The translations under genes were made by a program, and so were the position numbers. A stretch of DNA of 64,000 nucleotides. It comes from Carcharhinus amblyrhynchos (taxonomy: Eukaryota). Of the stretch, positions 38,229 through 52,190 are shown piece by piece; position 1 is the stretch's first letter, and every line of letters begins with the position of its first letter. The notes under the pieces are model-generated. The model was given only the letters and a program-made list of their open reading frames with translations, ran no database searches and was not told the origin of the DNA. Where the stretch lies: assembly GCA_965287045.1 (NCBI GenBank), contig OZ336889.1, positions 33,976,001 through 34,040,000 of the forward strand, written 5' to 3'.

Positions 38229-40246
38229 CGGGTGCCTTAAAATAATATTGTATTTATTTTTCTCTGGGATTGTAACATAATGTTAAAACGATTAATCCCT
38301 TGTTAAGACATGGAAAATAGTTCTTCGAATTGAATGTTAATTATAATCGAACAAGCACAATGAGAATTGGAGCTTTGTTAAACTGAGAGAAGGCAGAGAT
38401 GGCTTTAAGCATCGCTGACTATTTAATTAATATAGCTTATAGTGTCTCAATTACTCTTTGTAACACCATTCACGGTTTGGCTATTCCCTATTTCTATATA
38501 TTCCTCCGGCCCTACAAGCAACTGCCCCAAATCTCCTGTTTTACATTCCCCTGGACCATTTTCGTCTTTACTTTCAGCCACCCGGATCTCATGCTGTGGC
38601 TCTCTGTCTCTAAATCTCACTATTCCTTTCTCTCTTTCCCTGTTAGACGTTCCTTGAACTCCTCCCCCTTTAAGCTATGCTATCGAGCATGTCTCCCACC
38701 TTCATTGGCTCTACCTTCCCTTTTCTTTTTGTAGAGTGCCTTTTCTACGGATTTTTTTCCCCTAGAAATGCACGTTCCTATTGCTGTTGCCTTTTCCAAA
38801 AGAACGATAACTATATGTACAGAAAAACATAGACATACATCCCTTAGCCGGAATTCCAGCCTTGTTGCAATAAACTGTGGGCCAAATGTAAATATTATAC
38901 CAAGTGCGCCTTTGTTAAAGATTACTGGCATGAGTGCGCGCTGTATTTGCAAAACATATCTGAACTTAATCGGTTAGCAATACTCTGAACAATCTTTAGT
39001 GTCGTTATTTTAATTGTATTGACTTTTTATTTTACGGTGCTTGAAAGGCAAATAGGGAGAACAATTTCCCAAAACAACTTTTATATTCTAGTATCCAGTC
39101 TACTTCGTGTTAGACAGGAGGCTCGTCAACAACCTCTCAAAGCCTGTTACGCAACGTCAGGTGTCAGCACTGTAAATGGATAAACACCGCAAACTACAGT
39201 GACACACAATTCTTGCCCGATCTTTGCTCACTGCTGCGAATTTGTGAATTTAATACCGACGGCCAGCTTAGCTTCCGATTACGTCCAGGCTTTTATCCCC
39301 TCGTCGAATATCTAATATGTAGCGATCAGGCACTGTCAGGCTGAAGCCTTCGCCACCCTTGTGTTTCCGATGTAACATCTCCCCAAAACCAACATCACGT
39401 TGACCGAACCTGTATCGCCATGTCTGCAGGAACGTGTCACTTCAAGCCTCGGTTTATTTTTACTCATAACCTGTTCCACCTCTTTGCGAGATCCTACTTA
39501 TTATGGCGTTGCTTAACACAGCTCACTTCTCTGAACTTTAAACTAACCATTTGTTTCTGATAATTTGACATCTGAATCAGAGTTTTCATGGCTGGCTCAG
39601 ACTCAATTAGTCACGACACCATTGCCTCGGGGAACTGTAGATTGAATCTGGAAAGTGATCAAGAATATTCACATCCTGAGACTTCCCCAGGCTGTACAGT
39701 CAGCTTGGCACCATGGCTTTTAAGTGCTTAACTGTATGGTACACCTTATGTTCGGTATATGCCGGCTTTCATATTAATGATTATGTACACACACATATAC
39801 AGAAATCTTTCACTTTTTTTGACTGAATTCCGAGTACAGGTTTGTTTTGCTGCAATTTACTGTAGGATAATTTAATTTACTATATCACTTTATATATAAT
39901 CTAATTTAATGTACAATTTAAGTGTATGATAATACACGATAATAATCTTTCAGTTTACTACCAGTTGCCACAAACTAGTCATGAGTTAATGTCGTATGCG
40001 ATCACACGCCAGTTTACAAACTGATTAAATACATTCCAGTTGTTGAAACATGGGCATCATGGCAGCGTTTCTTAACCAATGATATTACTATTGCAATCTG
40101 CATGATCTGACTGCAAATAATCTGTGCTCTCTCACTCCTACCATTGGCAAGAGGTGGCCATCACCATTTGCCCCCACCCCACACTTGCCTCGACATAACA
40201 GACCAACTTTCATTCGCCGACTGTTAGGGAAGTAATTGCCAACAGT

Positions 40247-40522
40247 GAATCCCTACAGTGCAGAAAAAAAAAGCCTTTTGGCCCATCGAGTCTGCACGGA
40301 CCACAATCCCCAGCCTCCTCCTTCCCCCTACCCCCCGTCCGTCTGACACTCAGGGGCAATTTAGCATGGCCAATCAACCTAACCCGCACATTTTTTGACT
40401 GTGGGAGGAGACTGGAGCACCCGTAGGAAGCTCACGCAGACACGGGGAGAATATGCAGACTCCATACAGACAGTGATCTAAGGCGGGAATCGAACCCGCG
40501 TCCCTGGCGCTGTGAGGCAGCC
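40247..40522 (-). mobile_element. HE1-like SINE
   Basis: GAATCCCTACAGTGCAG tail, GGGAATCGAACCC B box, shared body. Confidence 0.85.
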
Positions 40523-42594
40523 ATAAGAGGAATACAACATACTTTCCCCCAAATTATGTTTCCTTCAGCTCAAAGCCGACTGCGTAGGTTGCAAATATAG
40601 ACGTATGGTATATGATAAATATCTCACTGCGAGACCCAGATAAAGTGATTCCCCCACACCAAGGAAATTCAATTGTGTAGTTAAAACAGAATTAACGATC
40701 TCTGATGACAATTTGTTTGTGCTTTATTACTTACTACAAAGCTGTGAAAGTATTAATCATACTGTCACGGCGGGAGATGTATATTCATTTAGTTTTTCTT
40801 TTAATAAGGTTTACAAGTGAGCACATTGGTCAATGGAATATGAGATTAATACTGACGTTGTGAGTCCGAACTGTTTCACTCTTTTCCTTGGGCAGGTTTT
40901 CAACAAATCTTCACTTTCCAACAATGTGTTAAATGCTTATTTAAAGCGCCAGCAAGCCATTCCATTGGTTTTCTCAAGAAATAATCCATTGCCCGCTAGC
41001 CCTAGCTCCCCAAAACTTATGTTAGTGATTACTATTGGCCCGGGTATTATCCTGTCTCACAGGACAATACCTCATAACATCAGGCGTGTGGCATCAACGA
41101 TACAACGATAACAGAGAGAAAATCTCTTAAAAAGGAAGAGGTTGTGATCGGCGATCAATGAAAATAATTTAACTATTTTGATCATTGTGGCTGGCAAGTG
41201 GAAAATAATAAATGTGCATCATTTTCAGGTACTTTAGAGAGCAGATAGGGCTTGAAAGGAAGATACATGGAAGATGGAGACTTGTGTCACTCATTATAAA
41301 GAATCACCTCTCCATCTTCCATGTATGTCAAATTAATGGAACTGGACTGTTTTACAGCAATATGAGCTCCTATAATGATTCAGTCCACAGTAAACTCTCC
41401 ACCTTAGAGGGAACACCAGGACATACATTCAAGTATTGTAATGCTTGTGGAAATGTGCACAGTTGACTAGATAAAACCTTCATCAAAGTAAATAACATTG
41501 CAACTCTTAGCTGGATCAGATTCGGGTCGTGTTTATATTTGTAAAAAAAAAGTCAATTTTTAATGGAAAAAGGGGGGAACAAACAAAAGAGGGAGAAACA
41601 TCAAAAACAATCAGGGATGTGAAAACATCCGGGTGAGAGTTCGTACGAGAGGTTAGAGAGAAAGAATGTAGGACAGAGAAAAATTGATGGGTAGAAAGAT
41701 AGATAGTGGTGGACAGACAGAAAGATTAATGCAGAAGAAAATACAGTTTTGTTTTAAGAAGTGTATTCCCAACAAAGGGTACCCGGATCTTAAATGTTAG
41801 CTTTCGGAAAATATTTATAAATAGTACGTTTAGGCTTGCATTTCTAAATGCCGGGGCCTCAAATTAATTCTGATTTATATGCTTGCGGAAACGCATCAGG
41901 GTATTTTACTATTAAAGGACTACAGAAATATAACTTGTTGTTGTTGCTTTATTTAACTCCTCGACATCCATGACTCTGGTCATAATCAAATATCTCAAAC
42001 AATTAGTCAACTATCATCGCTAACACCATAGATCCATCGTTCTTCCATAAAAAAATGTGCATTATAGGATAAAATAAGGCTTTCCCCAAATCCTTTAATG
42101 AGGCCATGGGATTTAACCACGGCTGGAGTAAGGGTGGGTAAGCAACAAAGGTGGTGGAAGCAAAATGCGTGGTGTTTGACTGGACAACCAGATTTCTTCA
42201 AGTACCATATGATTTGCTGCAAAATTTAAAACCACTCTACCATATGCAGAATCACAAAGGTTTGCTATGATTATACTGGCGCTTGAAATTTTCTGTCACC
42301 ATTCAGATACTTCCCAATACTTTTATTTTACGGTCACCGCAGCAATCAGCTTTCATGTGAGATCTCACACTTCCCTTCAATTGAAATTACCTAATGTATC
42401 ACCTTGAGTTAGCATTGCCATAGAGCGAACAATGAACCCTTCCATTAGGCTGTGGATCAGAGATTATGGACAAGTTGTCCCCTGTCTCTCCGGATCAACT
42501 GAAAACATTGCCAAGATACTCTGATCTCTGGATCTTCAGAGACCAGACGGACCTCATAAGATGCACTACTGGACCTTTCGGAACGTCCAATCAC

Positions 42595-43400
42595 TGGCAT
42601 AAATTTTCCGGTCCCGCCCGCCGCGGGATACGTGGCGGGTCGGAAAATTTGACAGACCATTTAAATATGTAATGTCTTCCCGTGGGAATTCCCGGGACGT
42701 CTGAACTTTCGATGGAGCAATCCCCTGCGCCCTGAAAAAAAATCTCACCCCGAGTGAGATTAAAAACTGATCTAACACCTGGCTAACTGCAGACCTGAAG
42801 CCCTCCCGCCCCCGCCCCCTAATCACTGGTATTAACTCCTCCCTATCCTCCTGTCCTTCCCAATCTGACGAACTCCACCATCGCATTACACCCCCGATTC
42901 TCTTCTGATTCTTCCATACTCTCATCAACCTACCCGCTGCCCTGACTCCCTCCTGACTGAACCTGACTATCCCCTCATTCCCCGACTCTAGCCCCAGTGC
43001 CTGGCGCCATGCGGACCTCACTATCCGAACTACCTGCCAACATATCCCCTCACCCACGGTACCCACGTGTCCATGTCCCTTTCCCACACTTGCCTGCACT
43101 ACCTTGTTACCCATTGCCTTATCCACCCTTACCCTGTTTTCCCCTCCCTACCACCTGCCTCACCCACCCTACCCTATCCTCCTATCCACTTGCCTTACCC
43201 ACTCTGCTCTCCCCCCTCCGCCGCACCCCCTTCCCTCAAAACTTTTCTCATTGGCTTTTCAAAGAAGTTTGGGAAATTTAAACTCTTTATTTCCCAGAAT
43301 ATAGCAGCTAATGCCATAAAAGAAGGTAGAGTGGCTTCTGATTATCTGTGCTGCTCTCTTCTGCACTGACTGAGTTCTGCAGGATCCTCCATCAGAAGAT
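42595..43400. mobile_element. Degenerate non-autonomous DNA-element-like repeat with C-rich low-complexity interior
   Basis: Terminal AAATTTTCCGGTCCCGCCCGCCGCGGGATACGTGGCGGGTCGGAAAATTT hairpin, related to the MITE ends at 54.4, 58.5 and 59.5 kb; boundaries approximate. Confidence 0.45.
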
Positions 43401-43726
43401 TGGAGGAAAGCAGGTGTGCATTTGTTTTGCCTGATTAAAATCGAACCCTAAATGGAAAATGCAGGGCATTATTACCAGCTCAGACTAAAAAAAAGTAATT
43501 TTTACTAAATTGCATTTAGTAAATAAAATTATTCAGAAAAATATCAGCAGAGTGAAAACATGCTTAATCAGAATTGTTGCTTCAAATTATTTTTTCTAAT
43601 CAAAAAACAAAGAGCTTTTGACGTATGCTTTATAGTAAATGTATCATTTTGCTCAGATTTTTACCACTAAGGAACTACTGAAATCTCAATAGACTGATCA
43701 GCTGCCTCTGTTCTGAGGTGAACTTG

Positions 43727-43740
43727 AAGCCATCTATTGG
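43727..43740 (-). promoter_or_regulatory. CTCF-like motif (reverse strand CCAATAGATGGCTT)
   Basis: Match to the CTCF core on the minus strand; may lie inside an old repeat. Confidence 0.4.
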
Positions 43741-44065
43741 AGATCTGTGCCATATGGTAACAGTATCATCGTCAAATAAGATGAGCAGCCAATCAGATTG
43801 AAGAATTCTCATATTCAGCAAAGAAGGAAGTAAAAGTTATGGATTATGACTCATTCATTGATCATTACACAAAGTGAACTTTGAAAAATTTGGGATTACA
43901 CATGAAATTATGGGAGAAAATGGAATATCATAAATAAAGAACTTTTATTCTTTTTGAAACGTGCAATTTTAAAACATTCTGAGGCAATGACATCTCCATG
44001 TTTGTAAAATTAATTTTTCAGTGGCAGAAAGGTTCAGCAATAATTAAAAATGTTGTTGCACCTTA

Positions 44066-44373
44066 TAGAATCCCTATAGTGCAGAAGGAGGTCATTCCGC
44101 CTATCGAGTCTGCACCGACAACAATCCCACCTCAGCCCTATCCCCATAACCCCACAGATTTACCCGCTAATCCCTCTATTAGCAATTTAGTACAGTCAAT
44201 GCACCTAACCCGCACATCTTGGACTGTGGGAGGAAACTGGAGCACCTGGAGAATACACACAGATATGGGGAGAACGTGCAAACTCCACACAGACAGTGAC
44301 CCAAGCTTGGAATCAAACCCAGGTCCCTGGAGTTGTGAGGCAACAGTGCTAATCGCTGTATCAACATGCCGTC
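44066..44373 (-). mobile_element. HE1-like SINE
   Basis: Full-length reverse copy with shared head, body and tail. Confidence 0.85.
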
Positions 44374-46124
44374 CAACAGTCTTATTCAGCAAGACTTAAC
44401 ATTTTCAATAATCCGTACACCAAAATTAGTGTGCAAAAAAAAAAGTTAATTTCAGTTCACTGATTCTGTATTGATTGCATCTGCGAAGATTGCTACTGGG
44501 CACAAGTGGTGGAGGAGGGTATCACTGACAACAACTTCTGGATTTCCATCCTTAACTATGCGTGCGTGAATGCCAACAGTTGCTGTCAGTTTTATACATA
44601 ATGATGGTGACTCTGATCGTTTCACCACCCATAAAGCTACACTTACAAATACATTTATTCCCTTATTCAGGCTGCATCTGTCAAAAGAACCGTCAATCTA
44701 ACTCAGAAAAAAGACGAGATGGATCATATGTCACATACAAATACACTGCACCTGCTTCAGTCATGAGATGTTTATTTTAATTTTGCAGGCTTCTGGCCAG
44801 CCTTTGAAATATACAGCTTATTTTAATGATTCAGCCATTAGGGATGCAACATAGTTTATTCTTGCAATGATGACCTTAAATACATTGTAACATATCACGG
44901 GCCTGTGGTGTCTGTTCTATCAATGCTGAAGAATTGGTCCTAAAACTCAAGAAGAAATGCAGACCAGCACCACCCCAGCCCAATGATAAGTGTCAAACAC
45001 AGGCAGTGTGTTATTTGCTTAAAAAGACAATGGAAATCTTCCACAGAAGTAGCGATCATCATTTTTATATGTTTACAATATTAGGCATGGCCATAAGCTA
45101 CTCCAGAAAGAGATAGTGATCTGGAATAGGATGGATCATTAGGTCAGTTAAATCTACACTACATCTATAAATTGTATGTCAATTATATATATTCCTAAAC
45201 TCATGCACTGAACTCTCCTCTTGACAGCCAGCACATCATGCAGTAGAAACTGAAACTCAGGCATTTGGTGGGTTGGAGATGCTTTATATAAGCTATGAAT
45301 TAGCCTTCAGTCTCTGAATATAAATAAAAACTGATACCCTTTATTTTATAACGGACGTCTTGCCATCCTTTTATAAGTTTCAGGACCGCAACAAGGAATG
45401 ATGATTGATTTCGTATTTAGAATGGAAACTCTTCCACTCCTTTGTAAATGGAGAACACAATTGTAAATAAAAACATCAAGGGATAACTTGCACTCTACAC
45501 AGATTGAAACTCGACCAGAGCTAGATTTTTCTCCTCTTAACTTATCAACCTAATGCGTTAGTTCAGAGTAGTCACAGTGTTGGGATTTTATCAGGAATAT
45601 TTAAATATCAAATAAGCCATTACTTTGATGTCAACAGACAAATTCTTAATGGATATATTTTTCTACTCATTATTCAAGCCAGCATTAACTTATTTATTTT
45701 AGAGTATGCCAAAATATTGAACTAAGTGATGTTGTTACAAATATGCCTATGCAATGCTCAATAGTTCCACTATTGCAAACATTATAGGGAATAGTTCATT
45801 TCTGTTATCTCTGTAAAAAGGAGTCAATATGCAGGATGCATGGATTTGACATTAATATGGGTTTGCAGTGAATGTAGTGGTAAGTAATGGAACTCCATGC
45901 AATTGGAGCTGGACATTATGAGGGGAATTTTCCCAACAAAGTTGGAAGTGTCATTTCAGGTGAGAAAATCATTGTAATGCTCCCACACTTAATAATTTAA
46001 CTATATTTAATAAAGTTTGTTGCATTATATCTGTGTCTGTATTTTGTTCTTCTCATAAATAAAGGCACCTGGGTAAAACTTTGTTTAAGAAGCTGGTTGA
46101 AGTATCTGAAATTGGACAGATTCA

Positions 46125-46290
46125 GCAACAGGAACAGGCCCTTTAGCCCACCAAGTCTGTGATGATAGAAATGCCTCTCTAATCTAATATTTTCTTGCCT
46201 CTACATCTTCCAAATCGCTCTATTCCCTGCCTATTCATGTATCTATCCAGATGCCTCTCATTACAGAATCTGCCCCTACCACCTCCTCCA
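46125..46290 (-). mobile_element. CR1 LINE 3' tail fragment
   Basis: ACAGGAACAGGCCCTTTAGCCCACCAAGTCTGTG...TATCCAGATGCCTCT...CTACCACCTCC. Confidence 0.55.
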
Positions 46291-47089
46291 GAGGTTGACT
46301 TGTTTCATAACAAGAATGTTATGAACTTTATTTTATTTTGAATTACTTAGTTTGCAGGACATTATTTATTACACACACTGTTTACTTATAGTCATGCATT
46401 ACTGGCATGTTTCTCTCTAAATCGGAGATATCAGCACAGAAAAGGTGTGGGACTTGAAAAAAAATCATAAGCCATATTTACCAGTCAATTTTACTTCTTA
46501 CAGGAGATGATTGCAGGGGAGTGGAGGATAGAAGAGCAATTTATTTTCAGCAACCACAGAAACAATTTGCATGAGCATAGCATTGATTCACTTGAGGAAC
46601 ACAGAAGCAACAAGAAGAGTTCTTTGCTTTAGGAAGGAAGCTATTCTTACAAGTTTAAAGTCCTGCTTGCGTAGTTTATTCCAGAACGAATCCAGTCTGG
46701 ATTAAACTTGAAAGTTAAATTATTGAGTAAACGCCTGACAGATAGAAGCCATGAGCTTTATTTGGATGTGACATCAATAAGTACATATTTGAGGCAGCAG
46801 AGTTGTTTTGCTTTCAAACCGATGATTATAAAGGCACTGTTGCAATATGACTTTGAGAGTACTTGCTGAATGTTGGTAAGATCAATGTCAGTAAGATTTA
46901 TTTTGCAAAGACTGCTGACCTTTCTAGCTAACTGTAGCAAGTGTAAAATCTGCTTACTTTAAAACATTAGTGCTATTTTTGCTCCTTTTTTCCTTCTGGT
47001 TGGAAAGGATGACTATCTTGCTCATTTGTTTTCTTGCATGTCACAGAAACTGGGTTGTTAGGAAAAGGCTGATGACCTTGAATATGTTG

Positions 47090-47302
47090 AAAACACTCAA
47101 CAGGTCGGGCAACATCTGTGTGAAGGGAATGGAATGGTTACGATTTTGGGGATAGATGCTCTTACAGAACTGTAATTCCAGTTCCAAAGTCAGTGTTCAC
47201 ATCTGAAGTGCAAACTCTTCTCTCCACAGATGCTGCCTGACCTGTGATGTTCTAACAAACATGTTGTTTTATTTATGTTAGATCTGCTGCATTTGCTTTT
47301 TG
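47090..47302. mobile_element. Palindromic Penelope-like / MITE-like element
   Basis: Arms CAGGTCGGGCAACATCTGTG and CACAGATGCTGCCTGACCTG are inverted complements. Confidence 0.6.
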
Positions 47303-49644
47303 ACTGATAAACTTGCCTGTGCTTGAGTGCCTGTATCCAGAATCCTTTGATCTCTTTGTAGTGGATTGAACAAGCAGTGTAACAACATGCTGCCTATTTA
47401 CTCAAATACAGAAATTGTGCATGGATTAGCCCAACACTCCCAACATAGTGGTAGCATTATATGTAAAACAATTGGCAATGAAGTAAAAGGGAATATCAAT
47501 TAGATAGCATTAGATCCATTGGCTAATGCTTCCTAGATGTTTTGATGACTTGGGCTTAATGTTTTTAATAGAACAAATGGTGTAAAAGCTCCAAGTGATG
47601 CGTGTTGGCATTATTCCAAAAACTGAAGTGGCTACAAGTGTAGTCATCAGCTCATTGGAAAATAAAATAAAGGATTTATCAATTTTGACATGTCCCATTA
47701 ACATAACTGTAAGACTTCCAGCAAGTTTTCAATTTTTCCCTGTACACCACCACAATTAATACATCCAAAGTGAAAAGAATCAAATCTTGCTGCTAATGAA
47801 GAATTAATTCCAAAATAAGTACAAATTTACTGATTATTTTCTCAAGTTGAGAAACTACAACAAAATGTTTGACTTCAACTGTGCAATTTGATTTAAAAGC
47901 AGCAAAAGTCGCAAAGAGCTGGCTTTTATTTTCTAATAAAAATAACAACATTTAATTACATAAAATGATGATGACAATTCCTGAAGAGGAACTTATTTTG
48001 TGTGTCTAATGGGAGTCAGTAAAATGGAAATATAGGTCCCAGCAGTTAAATGCAACAAAATACTTAAGCATAAATGTCAATAATAATTAGATTGCCCAGT
48101 CTCTCTGCTGACTTGACATCCTGACATCCTCTGCAGCTCCAAGTTGAAGTGTTCAATTTTATGAATTCAAAATAATGTTTGGCATTAGGACTGAAAACAG
48201 ATCACAATAATATTACAAGAGTCTCTGTGGGAATAGGAATACAATTAAATGGAGCAGATGGGCTTTTCGCTACTCAGATACTTCATGGATCACTTGTTCA
48301 TTTCCCAGTTCTGGTTGACATCAGTTTGGCATGTTTCAGAAAACTCTTTATATGAAATATGAGATGAAATATGTATAACCAACATTCAACTGATATCAAT
48401 TTCAAACATATAGGTCCCAATAAATCTTTGGAAAAGTGCTCAGAAGAGATATATTTCATTTCCCTTTTGAGCAGCGAGTTCAAAATCTATTCGTATTCCT
48501 TTTTGAAAATATTGCAACCACCAGTAGAGTATAGATAGATTGAAAAATTGTGTGCTGGAGTTTCCAATCAATAGTGCTAGTTCAGGGCAGATTTTGCATT
48601 AGACAATACGCAATTAAGTTTGAGTTCAAATTTTGGGGATGGGTGGAAAATAACTTTTCAAAATGGGTGCAATTTTGGGTGTAGTTTGCGCTGGAATTGC
48701 TAATTGCAGCCAAAGTCGGAGCTACTCCCTTGTATAGGAATCAACCTTCATAAAGGAAGGGAGAAACCCCTGTTTTCATGTCTTCAGATATACTTTACAA
48801 CCTGGACTCCACGGGGAAGAAGATTTCTTATTAGCTTTATCAAAATATCCAGGTGCATTCATAATCCAGTAAAATCGTGTGTAATTTTAGTGGAAACTTG
48901 CATTTTCAAAAGCAAATGAAGAATGAGAAGCAGACAACCAAACACTTGGAAGGGCATGTGGTAGAATAAGGGAAGGGGTCAGGGTCAGTCTGCTAAAAGA
49001 ATTAGCAGTTGGTTTGGAAGAGCCCTCCTCCCACCCTTAACCTCATCTAAGACTTGCACTATATTCAATCCCCTGGAGTAGAGTGTAATAATCAAATAGA
49101 ATCTAGGAGCATTGCTAATGTGTGAGTCAAAGAAGCGAGCAGAAAAGTATTTGTGGGAGCAGGGGTTTGCTTTCTATGGGGTGGCATTTTTTGTGTGAAT
49201 TCCTTAACGGAAGCAAGTCTGCAATTTTTAATTGGTGCTGACAATAATCATTCATAAGCAGCTGAAACATTGCAGATGACATTGTTGCAAAGTCACCCGG
49301 TAATAGTTGAATTTAAGGTGGCAAGAGTGGCTGAATACTTTGGGTGTTAAAAAGGTGATGAGATGGCCAAGATGGGGTCTTAAACTGCAATGCCAGATTA
49401 ATCCTCAGTTAGGGGAGGACAGCATCTTGGTAAAGGTGTTTAAGCCAGCATTAGTAATGACTGTCTGGAAGGTCATTGAGGAGCTGATTAACAACAAAAT
49501 TATCAACCAACTCTCATGATAACACTGCTTGCTATTTTGGTAGATTTGCAATCTCTCCCCACAGTGGGAAGCTGAACAGGAGTAAACCAGTCATTGTGGA
49601 GAACTTTCTTTGCTACTTAAAAGCATATCATATTTTACTATAAT

Positions 49645-49830
49645 AAAAGCAAATGCTGGAAATTGAAACAGAAACAGAAAATTCTGGAAAAACTCTGCAG
49701 GTCAGCCAGCAATTGTGGAGAGAGAAAATAGAGTTAACATTTTGAGTTCACATGACTCATACGGGGTTGAAAAGTTAATTCTGCTTCTCAGATGCTGCCG
49801 GACGTGTTGAGTTTTTACAGCATTTTACTA
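49645..49830. mobile_element. Palindromic Penelope-like / MITE-like element
   Basis: AAAACTCTGCAGGTCAGCCAGCA...GAGTTAAC pairs with GTTAATTCTG...GATGCTGCCGGACGTGTTGAGTTTT. Confidence 0.6.
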
Positions 49831-50689
49831 TGCTGTTGGGGTTTGAAGGGGACTTTTGAAACACATTGGATGGATTTGTCAATACCTTGCCAACATTCAT
49901 TCTGAGGAATGCACCTAAAAAGAAGTGTCCTTCTTCAATACTTTGTAGGTATCAGGAGGAGGGGAGTGCTTGGTCACCAGCATCTTGCACTGGAATCCAC
50001 TAGGATTGCAAAAGGATTGGGAATAGGAGAGAAAGCTAGTAAGAGCGGAAACAGCTGCTGTAGAAAAGGAGGGCAAGGTGGACTGCTTCTTTCCAGTCGG
50101 TCAGCACACCATTTCTCCTCTGGAACTCCTCCACCAGGATGTTCACGTGCCTCGTCTGAAGGCTGATGCATTCTTGCACGTTGTCTCTGACATACCGTGA
50201 AAGCTGTCAGTGTGTGTAACTAGCACATTCCTCACATTAAGTCAGAGTGACTGCGTGGAGCCCATATAAACTGCTCCGAAGAAATTGTGCTTAGGTATAT
50301 TCTCATTTGATTATTAAACTTATAGGTTTTAGCACCTTGGGCCAAGTTCACATCACGGTAATCAACAATTAGGGCCAAAACTGTATCCTAAGACCAGATT
50401 TTAAACAGTTCAGCACCCACTTACTGCCTACTTTAATACTTACATCAAAATAGCCCACATAACTCCAAGAACTGTTTCTAAGGCAATAAGTTTGGTTTAC
50501 AGAGTTTAATTTCCAACTAAAAGGTTACCTTTAATGGCGGCACTCCATTTCTTTGCCAATTTAAACTTTGAAATGCAGCTGTGCTACTATAATATGACAA
50601 TATTGTGATAATATGTTGATTGTCTTTTTTTCAAACACACTCATCAAAAGGTCTCAACATTAGAGAACGGTAAAATAATAACGAGTTCA

Positions 50690-51400
50690 AAGAATCATAG
50701 TGTTAGAACATAGTAGGAGGTCATTTTGCACTTCATGCCCGTGCCATCTCTTTGAAAGAGTTATCCAATTTGTCTCACTCCACAAAGCCCATTAAATAAT
50801 TCCTTTTCAAGTATTTATTCAATTTGCTTTTGAAAGATATTGTTGAATCTGCTACTCCCACTCTTCTGGGCATACATTTCAGATCATAACTTGCTACATG
50901 TATATTACACCTCTGTTTTTTTGGCAACTGTAATAGATCTGTCTTCTGGGTACCCACCTTTCTGCCTCTGGAAACAGACAAACAGTTTCTCCTATTAACT
51001 CCCTTCATGATATGGAACATCCAATCTCCTTAACATTTTCTGCTCTAAGAAGAACAACTCTAGCCTCGCCACACACTACTTCCATGCACCCTCTCTAAAG
51101 TCTTGGCAACCTTCCTAAAGTGTGGTTTTTATTGGCCAGAGTGCCAAAGCTGGGGAAATAATCAACATTTTATGAAGGTTTAGCAGAATGTCTTTGTTTT
51201 TGTACTCTCCGCTCCATTAACAGAGAAAGCATCCCACTTGCCATTTTAGCAGCTTTCTTAACTTGTCCTGCCGTGTTCAAAGGAGAACTGTGTATACATA
51301 ACTCTCATGTCTCTGTTCCAGCACACCTTTTACCATTTTGTTTATACTGCCTCTCTTCATTCTTCCTATTAAAATGAATAACTTGAGTTATCCTTCAATT
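50690..51400 (-). mobile_element. Degraded CR1 LINE 3' fragment
   Basis: Decayed RT C-terminus (FHIMKG...ISFKSKLNKYLKRNYL.GF.E) followed by a CR1 tail. Confidence 0.75.
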
Positions 51401-51509
51401 GGATTTTGATATTAATGTTACACAAGTACATGGATTTAATTAAACGTTGCATTTCTTTTACAATATGTTTGACAAGTCGCTTGATTTGCATGAAACAGAT
51501 GGATTTATG

Positions 51510-51741
51510 ATCATAGAATCATAGAAACCCTGCAATGCAGAAAGAGGCCTTTGGGCCCATTGAGTTGGCACCGACTACAATCCCACCCAGGCCTACCCCC
51601 ATATCCCTACATATTTACCCATTAATCCCTTTAACCTACACATCTCAGGACACTAAGGGGCGATTTTAGCATGGCCAATCAACCTAATCCGCACATCTTT
51701 GGACTGAGAGAGGAACCCAGAGGAAACCCATGCAGACACGA
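51510..51741 (-). mobile_element. HE1-like SINE, 5'-truncated
   Basis: ATCATAGAATCATAGAAACCCT tail and shared body; no tRNA head. Confidence 0.8.
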
Positions 51742-52190
51742 TGATGTCTATATGTAAGTGCACATTTTGTTATGCCTTCAGTAAGATAAGCAGATCAATT
51801 TACCCAAAATAAAAATTCCAAAAATTTGCATCTAACGATCCATTTGTTTATTGTTGATGTAAATTCTAGGGAAATTAAAACTGAGTTAAGTTTTACCTAT
51901 ATTTCTTTCAATGCAGTATCTGAATTCAAAATGGGCTCATTGGTACTTTCTATGGAAGCCTTTTTTGTTCCAGTGAATAAATATTTGGATGGAAATTTCT
52001 ATTCCTTGGAATAATTATGAAGAGCAGAACAGTTTTACTGACAACTATCAAATGTTACGTCTAACCATCTTACTATAAAATAAAGATAATTTCAACCTCA
52101 CCCATCCAGTTGGAAATGGTTGGGATCAGATCCACCCATTGAAGTCAGACTTGTAGAATTTAATCACATATGTTGCTCCAGTGTACTCTT

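Noticed and set aside
38500-38760. Pyrimidine- or purine-skewed tracts (also 16290-16500 and 41540-41740) as H-DNA
   Set aside because: No clear mirror symmetry or periodicity; treated as low-complexity sequence.
42566-43369. 186-aa, 94-aa and 100-aa ORFs
   Set aside because: Products of C-rich low-complexity repeat interior.
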